A stretch of DNA of 64,000 bases from a virus: IMG/VR virus record IMGVR_UViG_3300046170_000299; one strand, written 5' to 3'. The notes under the pieces are model-generated. The model ran no database searches. It had not been told where the DNA came from and saw only the letters and a program-made list of their open reading frames with translations. Positions 9,901 through 19,868 of this stretch are shown one piece after another. The translations under genes and the position numbers were made by a program. Within the stretch, counting starts at the first letter, position 1, and the number at the start of each line of letters is the position of its first letter.

Positions 9901-10518
9901 ATGTCCCTTTACGGAAGAACTGACAGCAATGCAAACAAAACCAAAGCTGGTGTGGGCATTGCAGCGTCAAGTCAAGCAAAAACAACTGTCTTTGTTGATA
10001 AAACTGAGGCGCAACTAGCAGAAACTAGATCTCGTGGTATCACCGCTCCTGGTTGGTGGTCCTATTTCACATATACTGATGCGGATGGCAACACTCGCCA
10101 TAAAGCAGAGCAACTTGTGAACATCGCTAACCCTGATCTCAACTCCAACGAGACTCAAACAGATGACACTATCGCAGCAGATGTAGCATCGGCAGTAACA
10201 ATTACTGCACAACCTGCTAACTCCACATCTTCTTCTGGTGCTGGTACATATACTCTTAGCACATCTACAACAGGAACACCTGGAACACTTGCGTATCAGT
10301 GGCAGCGTCAAACTGCAGGCGGTAAGCGTTGGACTAACATCACTGCTTCTCTTGACACTGGTATCACCTATGCAGACTTCACGACAGCAACTCTTGCTTA
10401 CAGTGGCCTCGCTGGCGCTACTCTGGACGGTAACAAGTTTAGAGTCAAGATCACCTCTGCGGGTGGTACTGAAGAAGTAATTTCTAACGGCGCAGCAACA
10501 CTAACATTCGGTAGCTAA
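9901..10518 (+). CDS. Virion structural protein with Ig-like C-terminal domain
   Basis: ITAQPANST...LAYQWQ...KFRVKITS Ig-like pattern; late promoter. Confidence 0.75.
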   Translation: MSLYGRTDSNANKTKAGVGIAASSQAKTTVFVDKTEAQLAETRSRGITAPGWWSYFTYTDADGNTRHKAEQLVNIANPDLNSNETQTDDTIAADVASAVTITAQPANSTSSSGAGTYTLSTSTTGTPGTLAYQWQRQTAGGKRWTNITASLDTGITYADFTTATLAYSGLAGATLDGNKFRVKITSAGGTEEVISNGAATLTFGS

Positions 10519-10521
10519 TGA

Positions 10522-10878
10522 ATGAATATAAGTGAACTGAACCATGAAAACTGGTTATTCTTTGCAATTCAAAATTATAACAACCCGTTGTCCGTAACTT
10601 ATTCAGATTTTGAAGAAGACTTAAAGAGATTTAAGTATATTAAAAGACTACTGAAGAGATACGAGACAACGGGAGAGTTAAAGACTCACCTATTACTTAA
10701 TCATGTGATAGTTTTATATAATGTTTTTGATGATGCAGCAACCCCACTGCTATTTTACAGAATAGAAGCAACATATTGGTCTGTAATCAAGGCGTTCATG
10801 TTGTTTCTAAATAGATTACCACCCAAACTTAATGAGGATGTTGACCAGGAATGTCTAAAGGAACTAAACCTAATATAG
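10522..10878 (+). CDS. Conserved T4-like hypothetical protein
   Basis: FEEDLKRFKYIKRLLKRY...HLLLNHVIVLYNVF. Confidence 0.8.
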   Translation: MNISELNHENWLFFAIQNYNNPLSVTYSDFEEDLKRFKYIKRLLKRYETTGELKTHLLLNHVIVLYNVFDDAATPLLFYRIEATYWSVIKAFMLFLNRLPPKLNEDVDQECLKELNLI

Positions 10879-10883
10879 AAGAA

Positions 10884-11555
10884 ATGATTAATTCCGCAGG
10901 GGATGGTTCTGGTCTCCAGTTACCACCTGCATTTGTCATGGTAAATCCTAGACAACATCGTGCATATAAAAAAGGTAATGAAAATATTGACGGGCGCTCT
11001 AAAGGTGCTCGCTCTCTCTTCGACCGTATCCAAAAAAGAAAAATGAAAGAAGACACAAACGTAACCGAAGCTCTGTCTACAGATACTGAGAGAGCTCAAA
11101 AACAGATTACTCAGGGTAAGAAACTGGGTCGTCAAAAAGATCTCCAGAAAAAACGTGGAGAAGCAAAAGAAAAAATGATGCGTAAATCTAAAGAAATGGA
11201 TACGCTTATGAAAGCACGTCTTTCTGATTTTAAAAAGAAAGCGTCTGATCAAACAAAAAAACTTAAGAAAGAAGAAACTGAAGTGACTACTAATACTATG
11301 AATGAAAACCAAGATGTAATCCAAGTTGCACTTGATGTTGCAACATCTGAACTTAACCCTGCAGGTGAAGGTTCATTTGCTAAGATCCAGTTCTCTGATG
11401 GTGGAGTACAAAACCTAGATAATTTCTCTGCTAAGAGAATTGCTGCTTGTTATGCACAACTAGACGACACACATAAGCCACAGTTTCAGTACATGCTGAA
11501 TAAAAATGCTGCTTCTTATCAATCTGCTCTAGATTTTGCTGTTCGCAACGTCTAA
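10884..11555 (+). CDS. Hypothetical protein (coiled-coil, probable head-associated)
   Basis: Likely start MINSAGDG; K/E-rich. Confidence 0.75.
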   Translation: MINSAGDGSGLQLPPAFVMVNPRQHRAYKKGNENIDGRSKGARSLFDRIQKRKMKEDTNVTEALSTDTERAQKQITQGKKLGRQKDLQKKRGEAKEKMMRKSKEMDTLMKARLSDFKKKASDQTKKLKKEETEVTTNTMNENQDVIQVALDVATSELNPAGEGSFAKIQFSDGGVQNLDNFSAKRIAACYAQLDDTHKPQFQYMLNKNAASYQSALDFAVRNV

Positions 11556-11561
11556 AGGAAA

Positions 11562-11960
11562 ATGTCGGACATTAATTCAGCAATTTTAGAAAGACTAGAA
11601 AAAGTAGTAGACTCATTACAGGAAAATTCTGTAAAGATGGGTCAATTGCTTGCTGTACATAATGAAAAACTAGCTAAACAAGGTGAAGTCGATGGAATTC
11701 TATTTGAAAAGATAGATAGAATTCATTCAGATCTTAATAAGGAGACTGATAGTATAAAAAAGGGATGTGAGAGAGACATCCGTCTTGTAGATGACAGACT
11801 CAGGATGATGGAGAAAAAGATGTGGACTATCTTTGGTGGTCTCGCTGTGATCTCATTCTTGGTCAGTGTGCCAGGTCAATCTTTGCTTAGGACATTGACA
11901 CCTGCTCAACCTTCTGCTAATATGAGCGCAGTGCAAACCTCTCTCATTGAGTTATCTTGA
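11562..11960 (+). CDS. Coiled-coil protein with C-terminal TM segment
   Basis: Heptad-rich N-terminus, hydrophobic MWTIFGGLAVISFLVSV; upstream of primase. Confidence 0.75.
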   Translation: MSDINSAILERLEKVVDSLQENSVKMGQLLAVHNEKLAKQGEVDGILFEKIDRIHSDLNKETDSIKKGCERDIRLVDDRLRMMEKKMWTIFGGLAVISFLVSVPGQSLLRTLTPAQPSANMSAVQTSLIELS

Positions 11961-12936
11961 CGTTAAGTACATAAATTTAATATCCCCTCGCTTGACTCTT
12001 TTCAGTCGTAAGAAGGCAGACCTGTATAATTTCAGGTGTCCTTACTGTGGTGACTCGCAAAAGAGACGCAACAAAGCGAGGGGGTATTTGTTTAAGATTA
12101 AAAACAATTTTACTTATAAATGTCACAATTGTGGCGTAGGTAGATCTCTTGCTAATTTTTTAAAAGATCAAGATACACATCTCTATGATCAATATATCAT
12201 GGAGAAATTTAAAGAAGGCAGCACTGGCAAGGGTACTGCAACTCCAAATCCAAAACTTATTTTTTCCAAACCAAAATTTGTTAAAAAAGATATAGATCTT
12301 GAGAAGATTTCAGAGCTAAATAATTCTCACCCAGCACGAGTTTATCTTGAGCAACGTGGTATCAAAGACCTAGATTATTTTTACTATTGTCCAAAATTTA
12401 AAGAGTGGACAAATAATAGAAAGAGGACATTCGATACCTTAAGACAAGATTCACCACGTATTATTATTCCATTCAAAGATAAAGACGGAAACCTCTTCGG
12501 TTACCAAGGCAGATCGCTCGCCCCCAAGGCAAAACTAAGATACATTACGATCATGCTTGACGAAGATCAACCTAAGATCTTTGGTTTGGACAGAGTAAAA
12601 ACAGATGAACCCATTTATATCGTCGAAGGACCCTTCGACTCGATCTTCATTAAAAACTCGGTTGCTATGGCTGGGTCCGATGCTGATATTCGGACGTTTG
12701 GTTGGAGCAATCATATTTGGGTTTTTGATAACGAACCACGTAACCGAGAGATCGTCGCCAGAATCTCCAAGTCAATTGACAGAGGAGATAAAGTAATCAT
12801 CTGGCCAAAAAATATACAACAAAAAGACATCAATGACATGCACTTAGCTGGACATGATGTACAAACTTTGGTAGAATCAAATGTCTATCAGGGATTAACC
12901 GCAACCCTTAAATTTAACGACTGGAAAAAAGTATGA
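11947..12936 (+). CDS. gp61: DNA primase
   Basis: Zn finger CPYCGDS...CHNCG; TOPRIM VEGPFDS and FDNEPRN. Confidence 0.95.
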   Translation: MSYLDVKYINLISPRLTLFSRKKADLYNFRCPYCGDSQKRRNKARGYLFKIKNNFTYKCHNCGVGRSLANFLKDQDTHLYDQYIMEKFKEGSTGKGTATPNPKLIFSKPKFVKKDIDLEKISELNNSHPARVYLEQRGIKDLDYFYYCPKFKEWTNNRKRTFDTLRQDSPRIIIPFKDKDGNLFGYQGRSLAPKAKLRYITIMLDEDQPKIFGLDRVKTDEPIYIVEGPFDSIFIKNSVAMAGSDADIRTFGWSNHIWVFDNEPRNREIVARISKSIDRGDKVIIWPKNIQQKDINDMHLAGHDVQTLVESNVYQGLTATLKFNDWKKV

Positions 12937-15248
12937 CAAACGGGCATGGAATTAACGTTCGCAAGCGTGATGGGTCTGAGACCGCCCTCAACCTAGATAA
13001 GATTCATAAGGTAGTAGAAGAAGCTTGCGAAGGGTTAGGGAGCGGTGTGAGCGCCTCTCAGGTGGAGATGAACTCTGGTCTGCAATTCTTTGATGGAATT
13101 GAAACCAAAGACATTCAAGAAATTTTGATTCGTTCTGCAAGTGATCTGATTAATTTAGATTCTCCTAACTATCAGTTTGTTGCTGCTCGTCTTCTACTTT
13201 ATGCTGTCTACAAACAGGTTTTTGGATCCGAATGGGTCCAAGGTCTCCCTAGTGTTTATGATCATGCATGTCACTGCACTGATAAACAAGTTTATGATAA
13301 TGATATCCTAGGTAAATATACAAAGGAAGAGTGGAGCAAGATCAATTCTTGGATTGATCATGAACGTGATATGATATTCACCTATGCTGGTTTACGTCAG
13401 GTAGTTGATAAATATCTTGTTCAGGATCGTAGCTCTGGTGTGGTTTACGAATCACCCCAGTACATGTACATGATGATTGCAGTAACACTATTCCAAAATT
13501 ACACAGACAATCGTCTTGAATATGTCCAAAAATACTACAACGCAATCAGCAAACACAAAATCAACATCCCAACGCCAATCATGGCAGGTGTTAGAACGCC
13601 TCTTCGGCAGTTTGCGTCTTGCGTTCTGGTTGATGCTGACGACACCTTGGATAGTATTTTTAGTAGTGATATGGCCATCGGTCGCTATGTCGCTCAGAGG
13701 GCTGGCATTGGTATCAACGCAGGTCGTATCAGGGGCATCAACGCTAAAATCCGAGGCGGAGAAGTACAGCACACTGGCGTTGTTCCTTTCCTTAAAAAAT
13801 TTGAATCGACTGTACGATGCTGTACGCAAAACGGAATCAGAGGAGGATCGGCAACAGTCCACTTCCCAATCTGGCACCAAGAAATAGAAGACATCCTTGT
13901 TCTCAAGAACAATAAGGGTACAGAAGACAATCGAGTGAGGAAACTTGACTACTCAATCCAAATTTCAAAACTTTTCTACGAACGTTTCATTGAGAATGGA
14001 GAGGTTAGCTTATTCTCACCGCATGACGTACCAGGTCTCTATGATGCTTTTGGTACTGATGACTTTGACACTCTATATCGGATGCATGAACTCAATGATG
14101 CTGTTCCGAGAAAGACTATCGGGGCACAGGAATTAATTCTTTCATTGCTTAAGGAGAGAGCAGAGACTGGTCGTATCTATATCATGAATATTGATCACTG
14201 TAATGAGCATTCTTCTTTCAAAGATAAAATTAATATGAGTAACCTCTGTCAAGAGATTACCCTACCTACTGTACCACTTAACCATATTGATGGTGAAGGA
14301 GAGATTGCATTATGCATTCTATCTGCTATCAACGTTGGTAAGATCAGCAAGTTAGATGAATTGGAAAATCTCTGTGACCTAGCAGTCCGTGGTCTAGAGG
14401 AATTGATTGATTATCAGAACTATCCTGTAGAAGCTGCAAAGCGTAGCACTATCAACCGTCGTTCTCTTGGTATTGGTTACATCGGACTAGCACATTACCT
14501 AGCAAAACATGGATATAAATATGACGACCCTGCAGCATGGAAATCAGTCCACGACTTGTCTGAATCTTTCCAGTTCTATCTACTCAAGTCAAGTAACACC
14601 CTTGCCAAAGAAAAAGGTAAGTGTGGTTATTTCGATAGAACAAAGTATGCAGACGGTATCCTCCCAATCGACACTTACAAGCGTGACATCGATGAGTTCT
14701 GTGGGGCGGAGTTAAGTCATGATTGGGAAAATCTTAGAGAATCTATCGTCACCCACGGTCTTAGGCACTCAACACTGTCCGCACAGATGCCTTCAGAGAG
14801 TAGTTCCGTTGTGTCAAACGCAACCAATGGAATCGAACCACCTAGAGGATTCTTGTCCACTAAAAAATCAAAGAAAGGACCTCTTAAGCAGATTGTTCCA
14901 CAGTATGGCACATTAAAAACTAATTATACATTGCTATGGGATATGAAGGATAATGATGGGTACATTAAAATTGTATCTGCCATGCAAAAATTCTTTGACC
15001 AAGCAATTTCTGGCAACTGGAGCTACAATCCAGAAAATTATGACAATAATGAAGTACCTGTATCAGTTATGGCAGGTGACCTTCTTAAAACATATAAGTA
15101 TGGATGGAAGACTTCCTACTATCAAAATACATACGATCAAAAAGGAGAAGAACCTGAATTTACAGAAGAAAAGAAACAGAGTATAGAAGATTTACTTACA
15201 AACATTTTGGAAACAGAGGAAGAAGATTGTGACAGTTGCAAAATTTAG
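12933..15248 (+). CDS. nrdA: Ribonucleotide reductase class Ia alpha subunit
   Basis: ATP cone, RQFASCVL, SNLCQEI, C-terminal DCDSCKI; no intein or intron seen. Confidence 0.97.
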   Translation: MTNGHGINVRKRDGSETALNLDKIHKVVEEACEGLGSGVSASQVEMNSGLQFFDGIETKDIQEILIRSASDLINLDSPNYQFVAARLLLYAVYKQVFGSEWVQGLPSVYDHACHCTDKQVYDNDILGKYTKEEWSKINSWIDHERDMIFTYAGLRQVVDKYLVQDRSSGVVYESPQYMYMMIAVTLFQNYTDNRLEYVQKYYNAISKHKINIPTPIMAGVRTPLRQFASCVLVDADDTLDSIFSSDMAIGRYVAQRAGIGINAGRIRGINAKIRGGEVQHTGVVPFLKKFESTVRCCTQNGIRGGSATVHFPIWHQEIEDILVLKNNKGTEDNRVRKLDYSIQISKLFYERFIENGEVSLFSPHDVPGLYDAFGTDDFDTLYRMHELNDAVPRKTIGAQELILSLLKERAETGRIYIMNIDHCNEHSSFKDKINMSNLCQEITLPTVPLNHIDGEGEIALCILSAINVGKISKLDELENLCDLAVRGLEELIDYQNYPVEAAKRSTINRRSLGIGYIGLAHYLAKHGYKYDDPAAWKSVHDLSESFQFYLLKSSNTLAKEKGKCGYFDRTKYADGILPIDTYKRDIDEFCGAELSHDWENLRESIVTHGLRHSTLSAQMPSESSSVVSNATNGIEPPRGFLSTKKSKKGPLKQIVPQYGTLKTNYTLLWDMKDNDGYIKIVSAMQKFFDQAISGNWSYNPENYDNNEVPVSVMAGDLLKTYKYGWKTSYYQNTYDQKGEEPEFTEEKKQSIEDLLTNILETEEEDCDSCKI

Positions 15249-16410
15249 AACTAACGAACCCATGAGTAGTGTAGAAGGCATGACAGTATTCAATACTGAT
15301 CAAGTAGATACAACTAAACAAACTATGTTCTTTGGTCCTCCTCTGGGAGTACAGAGATATGATAAATTTAGGTATCCCATTTTTGATAAGTTGACACAAA
15401 ATCAACTTGGTTTTTTCTGGAGACCTGAAGAGGTATCTCTGCAGAAAGATAGAGCAGATTATCAAACATTAAACAATGCACAAAAACACATATTTACTAG
15501 CAATCTCAAATATCAAATCCTCTTGGACTCCGTACAAGGTCGTGGTCCTGGCATGGCTTTCATGCCTTATTGTTCTTTACCCGAGCTAGAAGGATGTATG
15601 AACATCTGGCAGACTATGGAGATGATTCATAGTCGTTCATACACACATATTATTAAAAATGTATATCCAGACCCCTCTGTTGTCTTTGACCACATTCTAG
15701 ACGACGAGAAGATCCTCTCACGAGCACAATCAGTTACTAAAGCATACGATGAGTTTATTAATATTGCTCAGAGATATGGAACTGGTAACATGTGGAAGGA
15801 TACTTGGAAAGATTCTCCAACAGCAAAGTGGGAAATCAACGATCTCAAGAGAAATCTATATAGAGCAGTCGCTAATGTCTACATCCTTGAAGGCATTAGA
15901 TTCTACGTATCTTTCGCTTGTTCTTTTGCTTTCGGTGAACTTAAACTCCTTGAAGGATCAGCTAAGATCATTGGTCTTATTGCGAGAGATGAATCTCAAC
16001 ACATGACTGTTACTCAAAACATTCTTAACAACTGGAAAAAAGACGATGACCCTGAAATGAGGGAAATTGCTAAGGAAGAAGAAGAGAATGTATATCAAAT
16101 GTTCCGTGATTCTGTAGAAGAAGAGAAGCAGTGGGCAGAGTATCTGTTCAAGGATGGATCTATCATTGGTTTGAATGATAAATTACTACAGAAATACGTT
16201 GAGTGGACTGCTAATCGTCGTTTGAAGTCTATCGGACTCAATGCAATCTTTGATACTCCTATTACCAACAACCCTCTTCCTTGGACTGCACACTGGTTAT
16301 CCTCTAAGGGTATGCAGGTAGCTCCACAGGAGACAGAGGTTGAATCTTACCTAATTGGTAGTATTAAACAAGACGTAAAGAAAGATACTTTTGCAGGATT
16401 TAAATTATAA
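15229..16410 (+). CDS. nrdB: Ribonucleotide reductase class Ia beta subunit
   Basis: FFWRPEE, EMIHSRSYT, LEGIRFYVSF, RDESQH, APQETE. Confidence 0.97.
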   Translation: MTVAKFRTNEPMSSVEGMTVFNTDQVDTTKQTMFFGPPLGVQRYDKFRYPIFDKLTQNQLGFFWRPEEVSLQKDRADYQTLNNAQKHIFTSNLKYQILLDSVQGRGPGMAFMPYCSLPELEGCMNIWQTMEMIHSRSYTHIIKNVYPDPSVVFDHILDDEKILSRAQSVTKAYDEFINIAQRYGTGNMWKDTWKDSPTAKWEINDLKRNLYRAVANVYILEGIRFYVSFACSFAFGELKLLEGSAKIIGLIARDESQHMTVTQNILNNWKKDDDPEMREIAKEEEENVYQMFRDSVEEEKQWAEYLFKDGSIIGLNDKLLQKYVEWTANRRLKSIGLNAIFDTPITNNPLPWTAHWLSSKGMQVAPQETEVESYLIGSIKQDVKKDTFAGFKL

Positions 16411-16412
16411 CT

Positions 16413-17039
16413 ATGGACCTTTGGAAAAATTACAAAACATCTCTTGCAAACGTTTTTCCAGACATGAAATTTGTTCAGCGACATGCTGAATGGACTAATG
16501 ATAAAGATGTAAACTTGACTGCTGATTTGTATTCAGGTAAACATCTAATCAAATCAAGACAAGTTGAAATTTGGGACAATAAATCTTGCAGCATTTATAA
16601 CAACATATTGTATCCCAGAACAGGATCAAACTTACCCTGTTTTGGTATGGATCTTATGGGAATGAGTGACAAGAGAGTTGTTATTGTGTTTGATTTTCAA
16701 CACCCTGTAGAAAAATACTTGTTTTATACATCAGATCTACCTAAAGTAGAAGGAACGTATAGATTTTTTGAAGCAGGCAATCATTTTTCTGACAATCTTA
16801 TTGTTAGATATTGTAAACCCGATGAGGTAGATGAACATCTGCCTTTGTTTACAAAATATATTCAATACTATAAAAACATGCTAGATGAGCATCAACCAAT
16901 TGGTACTGATACTACACAGTATGTTGATTTTGACAGATACATGATAAGACTTGATCCTATATCTGGGTATTTGTCCAATAGATTTGGCAAGGAAAAATCT
17001 CAAACCTTGATTAAAGAATTCTTTTTCAGTTATGCTTAA
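16413..17039 (+). CDS. pebS: Phycoerythrobilin synthase (ferredoxin-dependent bilin reductase)
   Basis: IYNNILYPRTGSNLPCFGMDLM...VFDFQHP, YRFFEAGNHFS, LDPISGY closely resemble phage PebS. Confidence 0.88.
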   Translation: MDLWKNYKTSLANVFPDMKFVQRHAEWTNDKDVNLTADLYSGKHLIKSRQVEIWDNKSCSIYNNILYPRTGSNLPCFGMDLMGMSDKRVVIVFDFQHPVEKYLFYTSDLPKVEGTYRFFEAGNHFSDNLIVRYCKPDEVDEHLPLFTKYIQYYKNMLDEHQPIGTDTTQYVDFDRYMIRLDPISGYLSNRFGKEKSQTLIKEFFFSYA

Positions 17040-17041
17040 AA

Positions 17042-17731
17042 ATGGGAAGACAAATAATTAATGACTTAGCTAGTATCATTCGTAAACATCAAAATACTTT
17101 ACCTAACATAGAGGAATTAGATGTTGATGATGAATTCAAAGAAGTCTATAAAGAAACACAGGATGGTAGATTGACCATCGAAAATGATATGCACATGTGT
17201 ACTGGATTACGTAAGGTACATATGGAAATTGCTAGTCTAGGACCACTTGATATCTTACATTGTATTTGGTATCCAGATCCTGAATTCGATTTGCCTATTT
17301 TTGGTGCTGATATCATAGCTAACAAAAATATTGTTACTGCTGCTATCACAGATATTTCTCCTGTTGATGATCTATGTCATCCAATCTATGAAGACATTGC
17401 TGATATTAGTAGATACTATTGTTTTAAACATAACAGGGAGATTCCTGCATGGGGTACAATCTTTTCACCTTACTGTAAGTTCGCAAGACTGGATGATGAT
17501 CAAGAAATTGACACATTTTGTCATGTAGTTGATGAATATCTAGATGCATTTGTTGGTGCTGTTTGGAAATCAACTATGGATAGCTGTGGAGCAGAACAAA
17601 GATGGGTAGCACAGTCAAATTACTGCAGTAACCAGAAGAAAAATGACAAAACTAGAAAAATTTTAGAAAATTATTTTGGTGTTCCTTGGGCAGATCATTA
17701 CATCAATAAAGTATTATTTGACGAACCCTAA
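17042..17731 (+). CDS. pcyA: Phycocyanobilin:ferredoxin oxidoreductase
   Basis: LRKVHMEIA, DILHCIWYPDPEFDLPIFGADII, WGTIFS, NDKTRKILE. Confidence 0.9.
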   Translation: MGRQIINDLASIIRKHQNTLPNIEELDVDDEFKEVYKETQDGRLTIENDMHMCTGLRKVHMEIASLGPLDILHCIWYPDPEFDLPIFGADIIANKNIVTAAITDISPVDDLCHPIYEDIADISRYYCFKHNREIPAWGTIFSPYCKFARLDDDQEIDTFCHVVDEYLDAFVGAVWKSTMDSCGAEQRWVAQSNYCSNQKKNDKTRKILENYFGVPWADHYINKVLFDEP

Positions 17732-17756
17732 ATATTGGAGATGATATGATGATCAT

Positions 17757-18236
17757 GTGGAAAAATATAAAGAATATGAGAATGCCTGGATCTATCATGG
17801 CAGCGTCTTTGACGGGTCTCTTATTGGGGACAACTATGGTTTTGTTTACAAAATTACCTGTAGCACCACCAACCGTTCCTACATCGGTAGAAAATACTTT
17901 TGGCAAAAACGAAAGCCTAGAGCTGTGGGTCAAACTACCAAGCGGCGAAGAGTTACTAGTGAAAGTGACTGGAGAAAATACTACGGAAGTTGTCCAGAGC
18001 TTAAAGAAGATGTTAAAAAGTATGGACGGGAGTCTTTTGCTAGAGAAATCCTCTCCCTACACAGGACACCTGGAAGGGTCAACTACGAAGAGACTCGACA
18101 GCTCTTCCTCCATGACGTTCTAACAAAAGCCTTGACAGACGGCACTCCTGTCTACTATAATTCAAACATACTCGGTCGCTACTACAGGAAAGACTATTTT
18201 GATTTTGGAAACGATTCTGGCGTTGACGCCTGCTGA
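17757..18236 (+). CDS. GIY-YIG family endonuclease
   Basis: GFVYKIT...SYIGRK, YYGS, YYNSNILG. Confidence 0.8.
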   Translation: MEKYKEYENAWIYHGSVFDGSLIGDNYGFVYKITCSTTNRSYIGRKYFWQKRKPRAVGQTTKRRRVTSESDWRKYYGSCPELKEDVKKYGRESFAREILSLHRTPGRVNYEETRQLFLHDVLTKALTDGTPVYYNSNILGRYYRKDYFDFGNDSGVDAC

Positions 18237-18588
18237 CTATGACCACCTTGCGCGAGCAGTACAGGTTGAAGCAGCGACTAATACAATGGATGAATACTGT
18301 GTTGCAGTCTCCATTCTAAATAGAGTCAGGTCACCTAGGTATCCTAACACTGTTGCTGACGTAGTGTATGCTCCTGGTCAATACGAAGGTTTCTTATACC
18401 GTCGTCCAGCTGCCAAGACTTCTACAATCACTCGTCTGTTAGATACAAATAAGATGCTTACGGCATATAATATCATTGGAGACAGAACTAATTTTAAAGG
18501 ACAACGTATGTTGCCTTATCGTGTAGTTGCAGAAGATCCTATGTGTGATCCTAAAGGTAATTTCTTTCATTATTATTGGCAATCGTGA
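18199..18588 (+). CDS. SleB/Hydrolase_2 cell-wall hydrolase (endolysin-like)
   Basis: LARAVQVEA...ILNRVRSPRYPNTVADVVYAPGQY. Confidence 0.85.
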   Translation: MILETILALTPADYDHLARAVQVEAATNTMDEYCVAVSILNRVRSPRYPNTVADVVYAPGQYEGFLYRRPAAKTSTITRLLDTNKMLTAYNIIGDRTNFKGQRMLPYRVVAEDPMCDPKGNFFHYYWQS

Positions 18589-19127
18589 TATACTCGATAT
18601 TTAATTACAACTTCTTCGCTCAATTTCAAGCAGTTAATCATGAAAAATTAATAGCAGAATTGAATAGAGAAGTTGTACTTGGTGTTAATGATTATGCATG
18701 GTCTGCTAAGTGTGATGTATCTACAAAAAGATTAGATACAGGTAAGTACACTGAATTACTACAACCAAGCATCAATAAATTTGCAGATACTCTTCAAAGA
18801 AAATTAAATTTTGCAATTGATGAAGCATGGTTAAATAGTTATCAAAAAGGTTCTTATCAAGAGATTCATGATCATGTCCCTTCAGATATATCATGTGTAT
18901 TATTCTTGAATCATGGAAAAAACTTTTCGGAATTTTATTTTAGGGATAGGTACAGTTCAGATGTCTCATTTAGATTGAGACAAACATTAGGTTTTACAGA
19001 TCTATGGACTCCACAAATTAAAGCAGGAGATATATTATTTTTTCCTTCTAATGTTCTTCATGGAGTTTCTAAACATAAGAGTGATACGTTGAGAAAAACG
19101 TTTTCATGTGATATAATAATCAAATGA
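18585..19127 (+). CDS. 2OG-Fe(II) oxygenase-like protein
   Basis: EIHDH (HxH) and FFPSNVLHGV; GTG start overlaps upstream stop. Confidence 0.8.
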   Translation: MIYSIFNYNFFAQFQAVNHEKLIAELNREVVLGVNDYAWSAKCDVSTKRLDTGKYTELLQPSINKFADTLQRKLNFAIDEAWLNSYQKGSYQEIHDHVPSDISCVLFLNHGKNFSEFYFRDRYSSDVSFRLRQTLGFTDLWTPQIKAGDILFFPSNVLHGVSKHKSDTLRKTFSCDIIIK

Positions 19128-19198
19128 CTCAGTAGCTCAGTGGACAGAGCAACTGCCTTCTAAGCAGTCGGTCGTTGGTTCGACCCCAACCTGAGTCG
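19126..19198 (+). tRNA. trnR: tRNA-Arg(TCT)
   Basis: Acceptor GACTCAG/CTGAGTC, anticodon arm ACTGC-CTTCTAA-GCAGT, TTCGA loop. Confidence 0.95.
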
Positions 19199-19201
19199 TT
19201 A

Positions 19202-19284
19202 GTCGGTATGGCGGAATTGGTAGACGCGATAGATTTAGGTTCTATTGTCTTTATGGCGTGGAGGTTCAAGTCCTCTTACCGACA
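19202..19284 (+). tRNA. trnL: tRNA-Leu(TAG)
   Basis: Acceptor GTCGGTA/TACCGAC, ATAGA-TTTAGGT-TCTAT, long variable arm. Confidence 0.93.
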
Positions 19285-19287
19285 TTC

Positions 19288-19359
19288 GGGTGAATAGCTC
19301 AGCGGTAGAGCATCTCCTTTACACGGAGGCGGTCGGGGGTTCGATCCCCTCTTCACCCA
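19288..19359 (+). tRNA. trnV: tRNA-Val(TAC)
   Basis: Acceptor GGGTGAA/TTCACCC, anticodon loop TTTACAC, TTCGA loop. Confidence 0.95.
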
Positions 19360-19389
19360 TCACTTCACAGAGAGGTTAAATGCTTAACA

Positions 19390-19638
19390 ATGTTAACGGC
19401 ACGATGCAAACTATGCAACAAAGAACTGACAAGCACTAGCAAAGTTCAGTTCTGTGGTTGTCCAAATCAGATGAGAGTTTTGGATGATCATGTTGGAGCT
19501 ATTGACTTAAGTCAAGTAGTTCTTACAAAACATAAAGAAAGTATTAAATATAACGGGATTCTTACATCTGATGACCTAAAATACCAAGAGGAACGACGCA
19601 AAAGAAAAGTGCGTCGTATTAAATTCGAGGAACGTTAA
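19390..19638 (+). CDS. Zn-ribbon hypothetical protein
   Basis: CKLC...CGCPN. Confidence 0.75.
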   Translation: MLTARCKLCNKELTSTSKVQFCGCPNQMRVLDDHVGAIDLSQVVLTKHKESIKYNGILTSDDLKYQEERRKRKVRRIKFEER

Positions 19639-19850
19639 TGATCAATCTTGATGAACGGTATCATTCATACCTAATGACAAACAAATGCTTCTATATTGAT
19701 GGTGTTTGTGAGAAAGTTAAAGGTTATGGTTATAACTGTGACAATACCGACATTATTGGTTACTACGTACTCACTACAAAACATAAATTATTCTACAATC
19801 TTGAGGAAAAATTTCTTCGTAAAGAGCTTCTTCCTACGGTTACTATATAA
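19638..19850 (+). CDS. Hypothetical protein
   Basis: 70-aa coupled ORF. Confidence 0.65.
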   Translation: MINLDERYHSYLMTNKCFYIDGVCEKVKGYGYNCDNTDIIGYYVLTTKHKLFYNLEEKFLRKELLPTVTI

Positions 19851-19868
19851 AAAACATTTTTGATTATT

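Noticed and set aside
12933-16410. Intron or intein in nrdA/nrdB (also checked psbA, thyX)
   Set aside because: All are continuous and of normal length
19126-19359. tRNA cluster as a prophage attachment site
   Set aside because: No integrase or direct repeats; the anticodons read A-ending codons, as expected for an AT-rich lytic phage
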